From Minisyncoccota bacterium (GTDB taxonomy: Bacteria > Patescibacteriota > Minisyncoccia > Phycocordibacterales > PALSA-1337), in the NCBI GenBank assembly GCA_041663145.1, contig JBAZRG010000001.1, forward strand, positions 254,984 through 318,983: 64,000 bases of DNA, read 5' to 3'. Of the stretch, positions 38,884 to 48,946 are shown piece after piece (position 1 is the first letter of the stretch; every line of letters starts with the position of its first letter). The position numbers were made by a program, and so were the translations under genes. A model generated the notes under the pieces. It did not search any database, had not been told where the DNA came from, and saw nothing but the letters and a program-made list of their open reading frames with translations.

Positions 38884-39897
38884 TTGACCTCGCTGAAAAA
38901 TGGTAAAATTACTTCCATGAAAGAAACGAGAAATATTATCATGTATGAATCGTCAGACAGCACATTAAAGCTGGAAGTGCCTATTGACGGTGAAACTGTA
39001 TGGCTATCTCAAAAGCAGATGGCTGAGCTTTTTGGTTGTACATCGGAGAATATCATTATTCATCTGAAAAATATCTACGATAGCGGTGAATTGACAGAAA
39101 AAGCAACTACTAAGGAATCCTTAGTAGTTCAAAAAGAAGGAAATAGAAGCGTAAAACGGGATATTCAGATATACAATCTTGATGCCATCATTTCACTTGG
39201 CTATCGCGTCAATTCAATTCGCGGCACACAATTTCGTATCTGGGCTACCAATAAATTGAAGGAGTATATTATCAAAGGTTTCGTGTTGGATGATGAAAGA
39301 TTGGCCGATGGTAAGAAGTCTAGATATTTCGACGAACTTCTTGAACGCATCAGAGCTATCCGCTCCAGTGAGCGAAATTTCTATCAAAAGATCACCGATA
39401 TATATGCAACTAGCGTTGACTATAACAAGGATGTAGAAACAACCAAAATGTTCTTTGCTACAATTCAAAACAAAATACATTTTGCTGTACACGGACATAC
39501 AGCAGCGGAGATCGTTTCCACACGCGCCGACGCAGGAAAAAAATACATGGGATTAACTAACTTCAAAGGTAAGATGGTACGGGAAAAAGACATTTCCATT
39601 GCCAAGAATTATCTGAATGAGGAAGAATTGAAACAACTCAACCTCATTGTTACCCTCTATCTAGACTTTGCCGAACTGCAAGCGAGTAATCGTCGAGCTA
39701 TGACTATGAAAGAATGGGTATCCAAACTAGATGATTTTCTGAAATTGAGCGAGAAACAAATCCTCTCTGGTGCCGGCAAGGTCAGCAAGGAAAAAGCTGA
39801 AGAAAAGGCGCGGAAGGAGTACGAAAAATATCGAAAGACTGAAGATGCGGCTTATATCTCTGATTTCGACAGACAAACGAAAAAATATTTGAAATAA
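38884..39897 (+). CDS. RhuM-family virulence/DNA-binding protein (COG3943)
   Basis: 337 aa; N-terminal region matches RhuM family; true start may be Met12 or Met20. Confidence 0.7.
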   Translation: MTSLKNGKITSMKETRNIIMYESSDSTLKLEVPIDGETVWLSQKQMAELFGCTSENIIIHLKNIYDSGELTEKATTKESLVVQKEGNRSVKRDIQIYNLDAIISLGYRVNSIRGTQFRIWATNKLKEYIIKGFVLDDERLADGKKSRYFDELLERIRAIRSSERNFYQKITDIYATSVDYNKDVETTKMFFATIQNKIHFAVHGHTAAEIVSTRADAGKKYMGLTNFKGKMVREKDISIAKNYLNEEELKQLNLIVTLYLDFAELQASNRRAMTMKEWVSKLDDFLKLSEKQILSGAGKVSKEKAEEKARKEYEKYRKTEDAAYISDFDRQTKKYLK

Positions 39898-39901
39898 GAT
39901 A

Positions 39902-39927
39902 TGTCCACTTTATGGGGTACGGATCAA
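39902..39927 (+). repeat. direct repeat DR-L of GC-rich mini-island (TGTCCACTTTATGGGGTACGGATCAA)
   Basis: 25/26 identical to 42028-42053. Confidence 0.75.
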
Positions 39928-40042
39928 AGATGGACCGTGTCCGCCGTAGCTACGCCATTACTATAAAAAAGTGACCCTCTTTCAGCTTTCGCTTACTCAA
40001 GGGTCACGTGTCTAAAGAACCAACCACTTCAACTGCTACGGT

Positions 40043-40435
40043 TTATGTAGACAGCTCCCCAGGTTCGAACTTGCTCTCATACTGAGGACGAATCCAAATC
40101 GAAGGGACGAGTGTGTCAATGCGGTTTCTCGAAAGAAATTCAACGAAGCTGTGGCGAATTTCAACGAGTGCTGCAGCCTTTTCATCTTCACCAGGGTTGA
40201 AAGGTTTTCCTGTGCCGTATTCGTCTTCACCGGCAGTGTATAGGACCTCGATCTGTACGGGTGCCTCATTGGCCGTGTACCGTACATCGAAGACGTCGAA
40301 TGCGACATCCTCCTTCCCTTCGATACCGAATATGGCTTCGACCGTGGCAATAAGGCTTCGAGACAAATCATCGAATGTCTCATCGATGATCATGTTCGCA
40401 GCCAAACGGTTGAGGTATACCTTGATCTGTGGCAT
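40043..40435 (-). CDS. tautomerase-family-like small acidic protein (GC-rich)
   Basis: 131 aa from Met175 of the ORF; MPQIKVYLNR... N-terminal Pro pattern; the upstream part of the 304-aa ORF is a Cys/His/Arg-rich GC artefact. Confidence 0.4.
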   Translation of the reverse strand: MPQIKVYLNRLAANMIIDETFDDLSRSLIATVEAIFGIEGKEDVAFDVFDVRYTANEAPVQIEVLYTAGEDEYGTGKPFNPGEDEKAAALVEIRHSFVEFLSRNRIDTLVPSIWIRPQYESKFEPGELST

Positions 40436-40461
40436 TACTGATTCCTTTCTTTGGTTGAGGG

Positions 40462-41073
40462 TTAAATCCAATCCATGACCGGCGACTTCTTGCGAAACCG
40501 ATAGACACAGAGTGGAACGGTTATGCAGAAACTCCCGACTGTCATGTAGATTGGCAAAATCAGATTCGCAAGCGTGAAATCGGAAATCGCAAAGAAGTTC
40601 AAGCTGTAGGCGACGGAGAAGAATCCCCACGCAAACGGCCTGTCTTGATCCGGCGACTTCCAAAGAAACGCTATGGTCGGAAGACATGCGAAGCTGTCGG
40701 CAACTATGGCTACATACAACGCGTATTGAACAAGGTCCTTGCTCTCCCTCATAAACAGCCACATCACTAAAGAAATGATGCCGAAGATAAGACAGACAAT
40801 ATCTAACTTGTTCAACTTTGTTCGCTCGTACTGCCGTTTGAAGGCAATAAGAGTGACAATGAGCGGATTCGTGAATCCGAACACCGCAGCCCAGACGTTT
40901 GCTTTTGCGCCGGAGCTTTTGTAAGTCAGGAGCAATGCGAGACCTATGAAAGTCCACAAACTCCAGCTCGTAATGTTCGGATGAACCTTCTTCTGGTAAG
41001 TCCGAATCGCGTAAGGTATTACACTTACAACGATCAGAATGCCGGAAATCAGTCCGATTAATTCTTTGTCCAA
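40462..41073 (-). CDS. hypothetical 6-TM membrane protein
   Basis: 203 aa; six hydrophobic helices. Confidence 0.45.
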   Translation of the reverse strand: MDKELIGLISGILIVVSVIPYAIRTYQKKVHPNITSWSLWTFIGLALLLTYKSSGAKANVWAAVFGFTNPLIVTLIAFKRQYERTKLNKLDIVCLIFGIISLVMWLFMRESKDLVQYALYVAIVADSFACLPTIAFLWKSPDQDRPFAWGFFSVAYSLNFFAISDFTLANLILPIYMTVGSFCITVPLCVYRFRKKSPVMDWI

Positions 41074-41208
41074 GGATTGCTCCCTTCTTGGTTAATTGTT
41101 TTATTGTGAAGAGCTGAAACTCTTAGGGGCACGACATCTCTGTCATGATCCCAGTTGAGTGGAGGATTGTAAATGGAACACAATCCTCCTTTATGAAACC
41201 GAAACGTA

Positions 41209-41880
41209 TCAGTTTGCCCGCACAATGGTATAGGGGTAATAACCAATTGTTGAATCAGTACCCCATGCTTCCAGGGTGCAGTCTCGCAGGGTAGCATTAT
41301 CGCCGAAATAGAGACAGCGATATTCTTTCTGCATCCCCAGATGGGTCGAATATGGTCCCCAAACGGGAAACTTTCCCTTGAAGACAAACAATACGCCACT
41401 GTCGCCGAGTCTCGTAGGACCATTCGTTGAAACAAGCCGTTCAACCTCTTGCTTCAGGAATGCCAGCGTCTCATCGTCGGTTGCAGTCTTGTACCACTCG
41501 AAGTTGGTCGTCGTGATATCAATCCTGATAAGGACCCTGTTGAAGTTTTCCACGAAGACCATTTGAAGAGGCCGCCCACGGAAGTTTCCGTAGGTGATGA
41601 TCGTGTCATCTCCATCGTGTGCAATGCCGTGTTGAAAAACAGCCGGAGGCATCTGGGGGACATTCGGTCCTTTGACACGATTGAATGCTTCCGAACTACT
41701 TGAGGTGTCCTCGAGCTGAGGCGGCCAGTGCAATTTTTCCAGAGCAACGTATCTCCGTTCCGATGCGGCCAATTGCCTCTCAAGCGAGTCGGCTCGATTT
41801 TTAAATGAGAGTGCGGCACCCAATGACACCGCGATTGCTGCAACGAATGCTATGACTACCAATTTTTGTGTCGTCTTCAT
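41209..41880 (-). CDS. hypothetical secreted protein (GC-rich)
   Basis: 224 aa from Met27; N-terminal signal/TM (MKTTQKLVVIAFVAAIAVSLGAALS). Confidence 0.45.
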   Translation of the reverse strand: MKTTQKLVVIAFVAAIAVSLGAALSFKNRADSLERQLAASERRYVALEKLHWPPQLEDTSSSSEAFNRVKGPNVPQMPPAVFQHGIAHDGDDTIITYGNFRGRPLQMVFVENFNRVLIRIDITTTNFEWYKTATDDETLAFLKQEVERLVSTNGPTRLGDSGVLFVFKGKFPVWGPYSTHLGMQKEYRCLYFGDNATLRDCTLEAWGTDSTIGYYPYTIVRAN

Positions 41881-42027
41881 AACAATGTACTGAGTACTGA
41901 TTTTGTCCGAACCTCCCCTTTTCGAGGGTACTAAACGGACATTTGTTGAGGTATTCAAATCTGGCGGTATTGTAACAAATTACGTAATGAAAGTCAACCT
42001 CTGTCCAATTTACAGCTTGGAAATCTG

Positions 42028-42053
42028 TGTCCACTTTATGGGGTACAGATCAA
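42028..42053 (+). repeat. direct repeat DR-R of GC-rich mini-island
   Basis: TGTCCACTTTATGGGGTACAGATCAA. Confidence 0.75.
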
Positions 42054-42139
42054 TTGCGGAGGCAATACATAGTCGCTATAGCTCCTTGTATTGCACTCTC
42101 GCAAAATATATTCGTTCGCGTTGCTCACTCATTATTTTG

Positions 42140-42224
42140 CGGAGGGTAAGGGATTCGAACCCTTGGTGGGTTGCCCCACACACGCTTTCCAAGCGTGCGC
42201 ACTAGACCGCTATGCGAACCCTCC
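42140..42224 (-). tRNA. tRNA-Ser (anticodon GGA), class II with long variable arm
   Basis: GGAGGGT acceptor, anticodon loop TTGGAAA, variable arm TGTGGGGCAACCCACC, T-arm AAGGG-TTCGAAT-CCCTT. Confidence 0.8.
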
Positions 42225-42331
42225 ATTTACAACATTTACATGATCATTCGTGTGATCAGATTATCAGAGACTACGCACGAAGTCACGCATCATCTTATTA
42301 AAACTATGTGTTGTCCTTTGGAGTTACGGTA

Positions 42332-42504
42332 AGACCCCAACATAATGTTCCCGAAACAATCCGAGTTGCGATTGAGCTTCGAAAAATTACCCGTGTTTGG
42401 TGAAGCCTTGGAACCAAACACGGTTGTAATTTGAGAAGCGATTACGCGATCGAGCACGATCGCCTACTGGGGAGGATTGTGGCGGGAACATTATGTTGGG
42501 GGTC
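42332..42504. mobile_element. MITE copy B (with 26 nt internal palindromic insertion)
   Basis: Same TIRs GACCCCAACATAATGTTCCCG / CGGGAACATTATGTTGGGGGTC. Confidence 0.8.
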
Positions 42505-42517
42505 TATATGTATATTC

Positions 42518-43429
42518 CTAGTTCATATTCATATCTGTACCTCTTAGTGCCGCAACCCTCTCTCCCACCGGCGGATGAGTCATGAAAAGTTTCGAGATGC
42601 CAGAAACTGACTTTGCGCCAAATGGACTCGAAATGAAGAGGTGCGCTGTTGCAGTGTTCGCACGCAACATCGGTGACCCGTAAGCGGAGATTTTTTCTAG
42701 AGCCGAAGCCAATCCTTCCGGATATCTGGTGAGGAGAGCACCACTAGCATCAGCTAGAAATTCCCTCTTCCTCGATATAGCAAGCTTGATAAGTTCAGCA
42801 ACAACCGGAGACAAAACAACAAAAACAATGCCGACCACAAAGAGGATGGCACCGAGTTGTCCCCCGCCACTCCTATTACTACTTCTTCTGCCACCTAATA
42901 TTCCGCGTGTAAATATATTTGCCAAGATCGAAATAAAACCAACCAAGACTACAACGACAGTCTGCAATAATATATCTCGATTCCCGATATGCGAAAGTTC
43001 GTGAGCTATAACTCCAGAGAGCTCATTCGTATCCATCATACCCAAAAGTCCGGTCGTGACTGCTATCGCGGCATGTTCCTTGTCACGACCAGTCGCAAAA
43101 GCATTTGGAGCTGAGTCTTCAATGATGTGAATACTCGGTGCTGGCAGACCTGCAGTTATTGAGAGATTATCCACTACACGAAACAATTCCGGATACTGTT
43201 CACTACTTGCCGGCTTGGCTCCAGCCAAAGCCAGAGATATTTTGTCCGAATACCAATAGCTCGTAACATTCATCACTAGAGCGAAAATGATCGCAACGTA
43301 TAGTATCACTTGTGCATCATAGTAGTAAGAGATAAACCAACCCAGAGCAATAACAACGACCAAGAAAACAGTCATGAGAAACCATGTTTTCCTTACATTG
43401 CTATCTTGATGTGAATACAGAGTCGACAT
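42518..43429 (-). CDS. htpX: zinc metalloprotease HtpX (M48)
   Basis: 303 aa; HELSHI HExxH motif, 4 TM. Confidence 0.85.
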   Translation of the reverse strand: MSTLYSHQDSNVRKTWFLMTVFLVVVIALGWFISYYYDAQVILYVAIIFALVMNVTSYWYSDKISLALAGAKPASSEQYPELFRVVDNLSITAGLPAPSIHIIEDSAPNAFATGRDKEHAAIAVTTGLLGMMDTNELSGVIAHELSHIGNRDILLQTVVVVLVGFISILANIFTRGILGGRRSSNRSGGGQLGAILFVVGIVFVVLSPVVAELIKLAISRKREFLADASGALLTRYPEGLASALEKISAYGSPMLRANTATAHLFISSPFGAKSVSGISKLFMTHPPVGERVAALRGTDMNMN

Positions 43430-43984
43430 CTAGAACTTGACTGCAACTGGTTGCTTGGCGGCGGCATCTGCGGCATCCAGCTGATAAAATTCCATAGCAC
43501 CAAAATGGAATGCACTTGCTATGATATTGCCCGGAAAAACCTGAATAGTCGTATTCAAGTCTCGAACATTGCCATTGTAAAATCTTCTGGCCGCTTGAAT
43601 CTTGTTCTCAGTATCACTGAGTTCTGTTTGCAATGCCAAAAAGTTTTGATTTGCCTTTAGTTCTGGATAGGCTTCTGCTATAGCAAAGACTGATTTCAAA
43701 GCACCAGCCAAAGTGGCCTCGGCTTGACCTTTGTCGGCGATATTGCCAGCTCCCATAGCTGCTGCTCTAGCTTTTGTAACATTTTCGAAGGCACTGGCCT
43801 CGTGAGTAGCATAGCCCTTTACTGTACTCACTAGATTTGGAATAAGATCATAACGACGCTTGAGTTGGACATCGATATCAGCCCAAGCTTCCTTTGCCCG
43901 ATTTATCATGGTGATGAGTTTGTTGTAAGAAAATACAACCCAAAGCACTATGACTACTATTATCGCGATAATTGCGTAAATCAT
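43430..43984 (-). CDS. lemA: LemA family protein
   Basis: 184 aa; N-terminal TM, LemA conserved core. Confidence 0.8.
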   Translation of the reverse strand: MIYAIIAIIVVIVLWVVFSYNKLITMINRAKEAWADIDVQLKRRYDLIPNLVSTVKGYATHEASAFENVTKARAAAMGAGNIADKGQAEATLAGALKSVFAIAEAYPELKANQNFLALQTELSDTENKIQAARRFYNGNVRDLNTTIQVFPGNIIASAFHFGAMEFYQLDAADAAAKQPVAVKF

Positions 43985-43997
43985 ATTAGATGATAAA

Positions 43998-44687
43998 TTA
44001 TTTCTTTACAGGCGAAGCTTTTGACTCATCGACTCCGACAGGACCAGTGACGAAAGCGAATGATTTGACCATCGTCGTAAATTCCGCGTCAGCGCTATTA
44101 ACAATAGCGATATTGTTGTTTCTGGCTTGAGTTAGATTTGAACCAGTGAGTTTCTTGCTTTCTGGAGAAAGGGCGATCGAAGAGAAGTGGAAAATGTAAC
44201 AAATCGATCCTTTTTGCAGAGAATACATTCTGTTTACATATGAACGACCCTGTACCGTGCTCGACATCGATATCATATTTACCGCATTGCCAGCGATGGT
44301 CAGAGTTCCACGATCTTTGATTGTGGTGACTGGTGGAAACGCACATTTACCCTGGAAGACGTTGATCTCGGCCTGAAGCTTGGCAACTGTCGAGACTTGG
44401 CTCTGATCGATAGGCATGATGAAAGTTACACCAGCATCAGTCGCATTTGCTTCCCATGTATTTGGATAATCGACGGAGAATCCAAGTTCAGAATTCTGAA
44501 ATTGAGAAATCTTTCCTGTAACTTTTGTAGTCTCCGATACCGGCACTGGTGCGGTCGAAGCTGTACTTGTACCATTTTTATTCGATCCATCTGGAAGATT
44601 AGAATCATCACTCGGGGATTTACCGAGTACCAATATGAGTACAATGATAATTACAAGGGCTACTATTCCAATAATTGATTTTTTCAT
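43998..44687 (-). CDS. hypothetical membrane-anchored exported protein
   Basis: 229 aa; N-terminal TM, Ser/Thr-rich linker. Confidence 0.4.
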   Translation of the reverse strand: MKKSIIGIVALVIIIVLILVLGKSPSDDSNLPDGSNKNGTSTASTAPVPVSETTKVTGKISQFQNSELGFSVDYPNTWEANATDAGVTFIMPIDQSQVSTVAKLQAEINVFQGKCAFPPVTTIKDRGTLTIAGNAVNMISMSSTVQGRSYVNRMYSLQKGSICYIFHFSSIALSPESKKLTGSNLTQARNNNIAIVNSADAEFTTMVKSFAFVTGPVGVDESKASPVKK

Positions 44688-44753
44688 TTTGATTAATAAG
44701 AGATGCTAATAATTGCAAATAAATGCATTTGTGGATTATACCACAAGTTCACC

Positions 44754-46394
44754 CTAGTAATCCATCTCAGGCGCACTTCCATGAGATGCCGTCTTCTTTT
44801 CTTCGGGCATATCAGCCACGGCCGCTTCGGTGGTAAGCAATATGGCGGCCGCTGAACAAGCATTTTCTACACCCAAACGAGTGACTTTGACTGGATCGAC
44901 AATACCAGCTTGTATCATATCTGGGATCATCTCATCTTTTAGAGCATCGAAACCAATGCCTCCTTTACCATTTTTGATCTTATCGACTATTACCGACCCA
45001 TCATCTTTTCCAGCATTCACAGCAATCTGTTTTAATGGCGACTCTAAAGCTTTAAGAACTATCTCATATCCGAGTTGTTGTTCTTTGGTCAAATTTTTTT
45101 TATTTGCCGCCAATTTTGCAACCTCACTCTGAGCACGGATGAGTGCTACTCCACCTCCAGCCACTATACCCTCTTCGATCGCCGCCTTTGTGGCATTGAC
45201 CGCGTCTTCGATCTTGAGTTTCAAATACTTCATCTCAGTTTGAGTGGCCGCTCCGACTCGAATGACCGCCACGCCGCCCGTGAGTTTGGCTATTCTTTCA
45301 TCAAACTTTTCCTTATCATATTTCGATTCGGTTGCTTCGCGCTGTTTTTTGAGCTGATCTGCCCTCTCTTGAATATCGGTTTTCTTACCCTTTCCACCGA
45401 CTATGATCGTATTATCTTTCGTTGATATTACTTTTCTGGCTTTACCAAGAGCGGACAAAGCAGTATTTTCAAATTTCATTCCAACATCTTCAGAGATGAC
45501 AGTTGCTCCAACTGTGACCGCTATATCAGCCAATATATCTTTCTTTCTGTCTCCATAACCGGGTGCTTTTATAGCTAGGACATTGAATGTACCTCGGAGT
45601 TTATTTACTACAAATGTAGCCAGAGCTTCACCGTCGACATCTTCGGCAATTATGACAAGATCTTTTTTGCCCGATTGTGCCAACTGTTCCAAAATCGGCA
45701 ATATTTCCTTCACAGTCGAGATTTTCTTGTCCGTAATCAAAATCGCTGGATCATTGAATTCTGCTTCCATCCGTTCCGGATTGGTGATCATGTAAGCTGA
45801 GACATAACCTTTATCAAATTCTATACCCTCGACAATCTCTGATTCCAAAGTGGTCGATTGAGATTCTTCCACTGTAACTACACCATCTTTGCCGACTTTT
45901 TTTATAGTATCAGCGATGATCGCGCCGAGTTCAGGTGATTCGGCAGAAATAGTTGCAACCTGACGGATCTCATCGTCGGATTTGATCGGTTTGGCGATAT
46001 TCTTCAAAGCCAAAACTACATCTTTCGAAGCCGCTTCTATACCAAATCTGAGCCCCATCGCATTTACACCCATAGATGTATGCTTCATTCCCTCGTCAAT
46101 GATCGCTTGAATGAGAATAGTAGCTGTAGTCGTACCATCCCCCGCCAGATCGTTAGTTTTGGAAGCGACTTCCTTGGCGATTTCTGCTCCCATGTTTTCG
46201 AACTTATCAGAAAGAGTGATTTCTCTGGCTATAGAAACACCGTCATTTGTAATAGTCGGCGAACCGTAACCTTTGTCCAGGACGACATTGCGACCACGCG
46301 GTCCGATGGTGATCTTGACGGCGTCAGCTACAATATCGACTCCTTTTTTCAGAGCTCGTCGAGCTTCTTCTCTATAAAGTATCTTTTTTGCCAT
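44754..46394 (-). CDS. groL: chaperonin GroEL
   Basis: 546 aa; canonical. Confidence 0.95.
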   Translation of the reverse strand: MAKKILYREEARRALKKGVDIVADAVKITIGPRGRNVVLDKGYGSPTITNDGVSIAREITLSDKFENMGAEIAKEVASKTNDLAGDGTTTATILIQAIIDEGMKHTSMGVNAMGLRFGIEAASKDVVLALKNIAKPIKSDDEIRQVATISAESPELGAIIADTIKKVGKDGVVTVEESQSTTLESEIVEGIEFDKGYVSAYMITNPERMEAEFNDPAILITDKKISTVKEILPILEQLAQSGKKDLVIIAEDVDGEALATFVVNKLRGTFNVLAIKAPGYGDRKKDILADIAVTVGATVISEDVGMKFENTALSALGKARKVISTKDNTIIVGGKGKKTDIQERADQLKKQREATESKYDKEKFDERIAKLTGGVAVIRVGAATQTEMKYLKLKIEDAVNATKAAIEEGIVAGGGVALIRAQSEVAKLAANKKNLTKEQQLGYEIVLKALESPLKQIAVNAGKDDGSVIVDKIKNGKGGIGFDALKDEMIPDMIQAGIVDPVKVTRLGVENACSAAAILLTTEAAVADMPEEKKTASHGSAPEMDY

Positions 46395-46457
46395 ATTATT
46401 TGGTATTTAAAAATCGAAAATGGAGACTACCATTTTCACTGATAATTTTTCTTTCAA

Positions 46458-46763
46458 CTATTTGATGATCGCCAAAATCTCACTTTCTCTAACAATATAA
46501 TATTCCTCATCATCAATCTTGACCTTATCACCCCACTGAAACAATACTTTATCTCCAACTTTCACAACTACAGGAATAACTTTTCCTTCTTCTATTCGAC
46601 CAGCACCAACAGACATAACAACTCCCCTCTTGCCTCCCTTGTCTTCATTGACTGTGATCGGAATGATGATGCCAGATGAAGTCTTTTTTTCCTTGCCGTC
46701 GATATCTTCTTTGATGATGATACGATCCGAAAGCGGTTTGATCTTTTTTGATATATCTTTCAT
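46458..46763 (-). CDS. groS: co-chaperonin GroES
   Basis: 101 aa; canonical. Confidence 0.9.
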   Translation of the reverse strand: MKDISKKIKPLSDRIIIKEDIDGKEKKTSSGIIIPITVNEDKGGKRGVVMSVGAGRIEEGKVIPVVVKVGDKVLFQWGDKVKIDDEEYYIVRESEILAIIK

Positions 46764-46838
46764 GGATTTTAGTGGTTATATTGATAATGTATACTTTCTG
46801 GAAGGTTCCTAAGTAACGCCATAACTGATTACATTCTC

Positions 46839-46866
46839 ATTATAGTCAGGAACAGCTTACTTACAA
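46839..46866 (-). promoter_or_regulatory. candidate sigma70 promoter of groES-groEL (TTGTAA-16-TATAAT); no CIRCE element seen
   Basis: Hexamers read on minus strand about 80 nt upstream of groES. Confidence 0.3.
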
Positions 46867-46937
46867 CTTGACAGTACATATATAGAGTGACCATCTTTTC
46901 TTGCAAAAAAAATATGATTATGCTAATCTCAGAACCA

Positions 46938-47159
46938 ATGAAGTCACTCCTTCCCTACATACAAATCATTTTGTCAGTGCTTCTTGTTGCCGCTATTCTC
47001 ATCCAAAGGACTGGTGCACAAGTCGGAGGCGCTTTCGGAGGCAGTGATAATTTCAGTTCCGCATTTCATACACGTCGCGGAGTGGAAAAAGGTCTATTCA
47101 TAGCTACTATTATTATTGCTATTCTTTTTGGACTCTCCGCTCTAGTCAACATCATCTAG
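46938..47159 (+). CDS. secG: preprotein translocase subunit SecG
   Basis: About 73 aa from internal Met; LLVAAILIQ...GGAFGG...RRGVEKGLF pattern. Confidence 0.6.
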   Translation: MKSLLPYIQIILSVLLVAAILIQRTGAQVGGAFGGSDNFSSAFHTRRGVEKGLFIATIIIAILFGLSALVNII

Positions 47160-47172
47160 TACTCATCACACT

Positions 47173-48942
47173 GTGAACCAACCCATCTCTCCAAAAGAAT
47201 TTCGCCTAAAAGGCGGAAACAAAATATTGGATTATCTTCGCCAATTCAGTGCAACCGAAAAGGTGGTATTTGGCGTACTCATCATATTGGCTGGTATATC
47301 GACTCTTCTTATGACAAATAAGATCAATTCTCATTTGGTTACCGAGATCCCGGGTTACGGTGGCACTTTGCACGAAGGTGTGGTCGGTCTACCACGCACC
47401 ATAAATCCGGTCCTAGCAGTGACCGATGTTGACCGCGATCTTTCAAATCTCATTTATTCCGGACTGATGCGACAATCCGAAGGCAAACTCATACCAGATC
47501 TAGCCAAGTCATACAAAATCTCCGATGATGGACTAGTCTACACTTTTATACTCAATGACCGTATCCATTTTCATGATGGACAAGCCCTAACAGCCGAAGA
47601 TATCGCTTTCACTATTCAGAAAATCCAGGATCCAGCATTGAAGAGTCCGCGTAAGGCTGATTGGGCCAATGTCACCACAAAAGTTCTTTCGCCAAATTCA
47701 ATCGAATTTATTCTAAAACAGCCGTATAGCCCTTTCCTTTCAAATACAACGATTGGCGTATTACCAAAACATATTTGGAAAGATGTCAGTAATGATCAGT
47801 TTATTTTTAGTGAATACAATATCGATCCTATTGGTTCTGGACCATTCAAAGCAAAGTCAATCCTTCGTGATAAAGGAGGGATACCGATAAGATACACTCT
47901 CTCAGTCAATAAAGATTATAATAACAGCATTCCTTTTCTCAAATCTATCGAATTTCATTTTTTTGCCGATGAAGAAAAAGCTCTTTCAGCACTTGATAAT
48001 GGAGAGATCGACAGTCTACCATCGATTTCATCCGGCGAAGCCGCTCGTTTGGCATCAAATAAAAATCAAGGATACAATATTTTATCCGCCCCATTGCCAC
48101 GAATCTTTGGAGTTTTCTTTAACCAGTCCCAATCAACCGTGCTAGCGGATATCAATGTTCGCAAAGCTCTAAATCTGGCTGTTGATCGTCAGAATATTAT
48201 CGATCAGGCTTTGGATGGTTACGGACAAGCTATTGAAGGACCTTTCCCGATCGATCTAATAGAGACTGCCAGTTCGAGCGGATCAATCTCCAATCCAGTA
48301 ATCTCCAAGGCCGATATTGCTTCCGCAAAGACTATCCTAGAAGCAGGTGGTTGGAAAAAGAATACTTCGACTGGAATATATGAGTTTACAAAAAAAGGTT
48401 CCAAGACTGTTCAAACCCTATCTTTTGATATTTACACTGCTGATTCCGCCGATCTCAAGCTAGCCGCCGAGCTGATAAAAGCCGATTGGACCGCTCTTGG
48501 TGCCGACGTTAGTATCAAAATCTTCGAGGCATCCGATTTGTATCAAAACATCATCCGAACCAGAAAATATGATGCACTATTATTTGGTCAATCTATAGGC
48601 AAAGATCGTGACCTATACGCTTTTTGGCATTCTTCACAACGCAATCAACCTGGATTGAATATCGCCATGTATACGAACAGTAAAGCTGACAAGATTTTGG
48701 AAGATATAAGGACAATAAAAACTAATGCCCTACTACAAACCAAATACAAAGAATTCCAAAAATTGATTGCTGCTGATATCCCCGCCATATTCCTGTATTC
48801 ACCGGATTTTATCTATGCAGTACCAAAGCGATTGAAAGATATCAATCTGACCGCCATTGATATTCCATCCGATCGTCTAAATTCAGTGAGCAAATGGTAT
48901 ATCAACATCGAAAAAGTCTGGAAAATATTCGTAAAAAATTAA
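47173..48942 (+). CDS. ABC transporter substrate-binding protein, family 5 (oligopeptide/dipeptide type), membrane-anchored; no adjacent permease genes
   Basis: 589 aa; SBP_bac_5 architecture. Confidence 0.75.
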   Translation: MNQPISPKEFRLKGGNKILDYLRQFSATEKVVFGVLIILAGISTLLMTNKINSHLVTEIPGYGGTLHEGVVGLPRTINPVLAVTDVDRDLSNLIYSGLMRQSEGKLIPDLAKSYKISDDGLVYTFILNDRIHFHDGQALTAEDIAFTIQKIQDPALKSPRKADWANVTTKVLSPNSIEFILKQPYSPFLSNTTIGVLPKHIWKDVSNDQFIFSEYNIDPIGSGPFKAKSILRDKGGIPIRYTLSVNKDYNNSIPFLKSIEFHFFADEEKALSALDNGEIDSLPSISSGEAARLASNKNQGYNILSAPLPRIFGVFFNQSQSTVLADINVRKALNLAVDRQNIIDQALDGYGQAIEGPFPIDLIETASSSGSISNPVISKADIASAKTILEAGGWKKNTSTGIYEFTKKGSKTVQTLSFDIYTADSADLKLAAELIKADWTALGADVSIKIFEASDLYQNIIRTRKYDALLFGQSIGKDRDLYAFWHSSQRNQPGLNIAMYTNSKADKILEDIRTIKTNALLQTKYKEFQKLIAADIPAIFLYSPDFIYAVPKRLKDINLTAIDIPSDRLNSVSKWYINIEKVWKIFVKN

Positions 48943-48946
48943 CACT

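Noticed and set aside
40436-40957. 5' two-thirds of ORF 40043..40957 (304 aa)
   Set aside because: The Cys/His/Arg-rich sequence is typical of an out-of-context GC-rich frame, and it overlaps the 40462..41073 membrane protein gene. Only the C-terminal 131 aa from Met175 look protein-like.
46764-46886. CIRCE/HrcA operator upstream of groES
   Set aside because: No TTAGCACTC-N9-GAGTGCTAA inverted repeat is present. A plain -10/-35 candidate was recorded instead.
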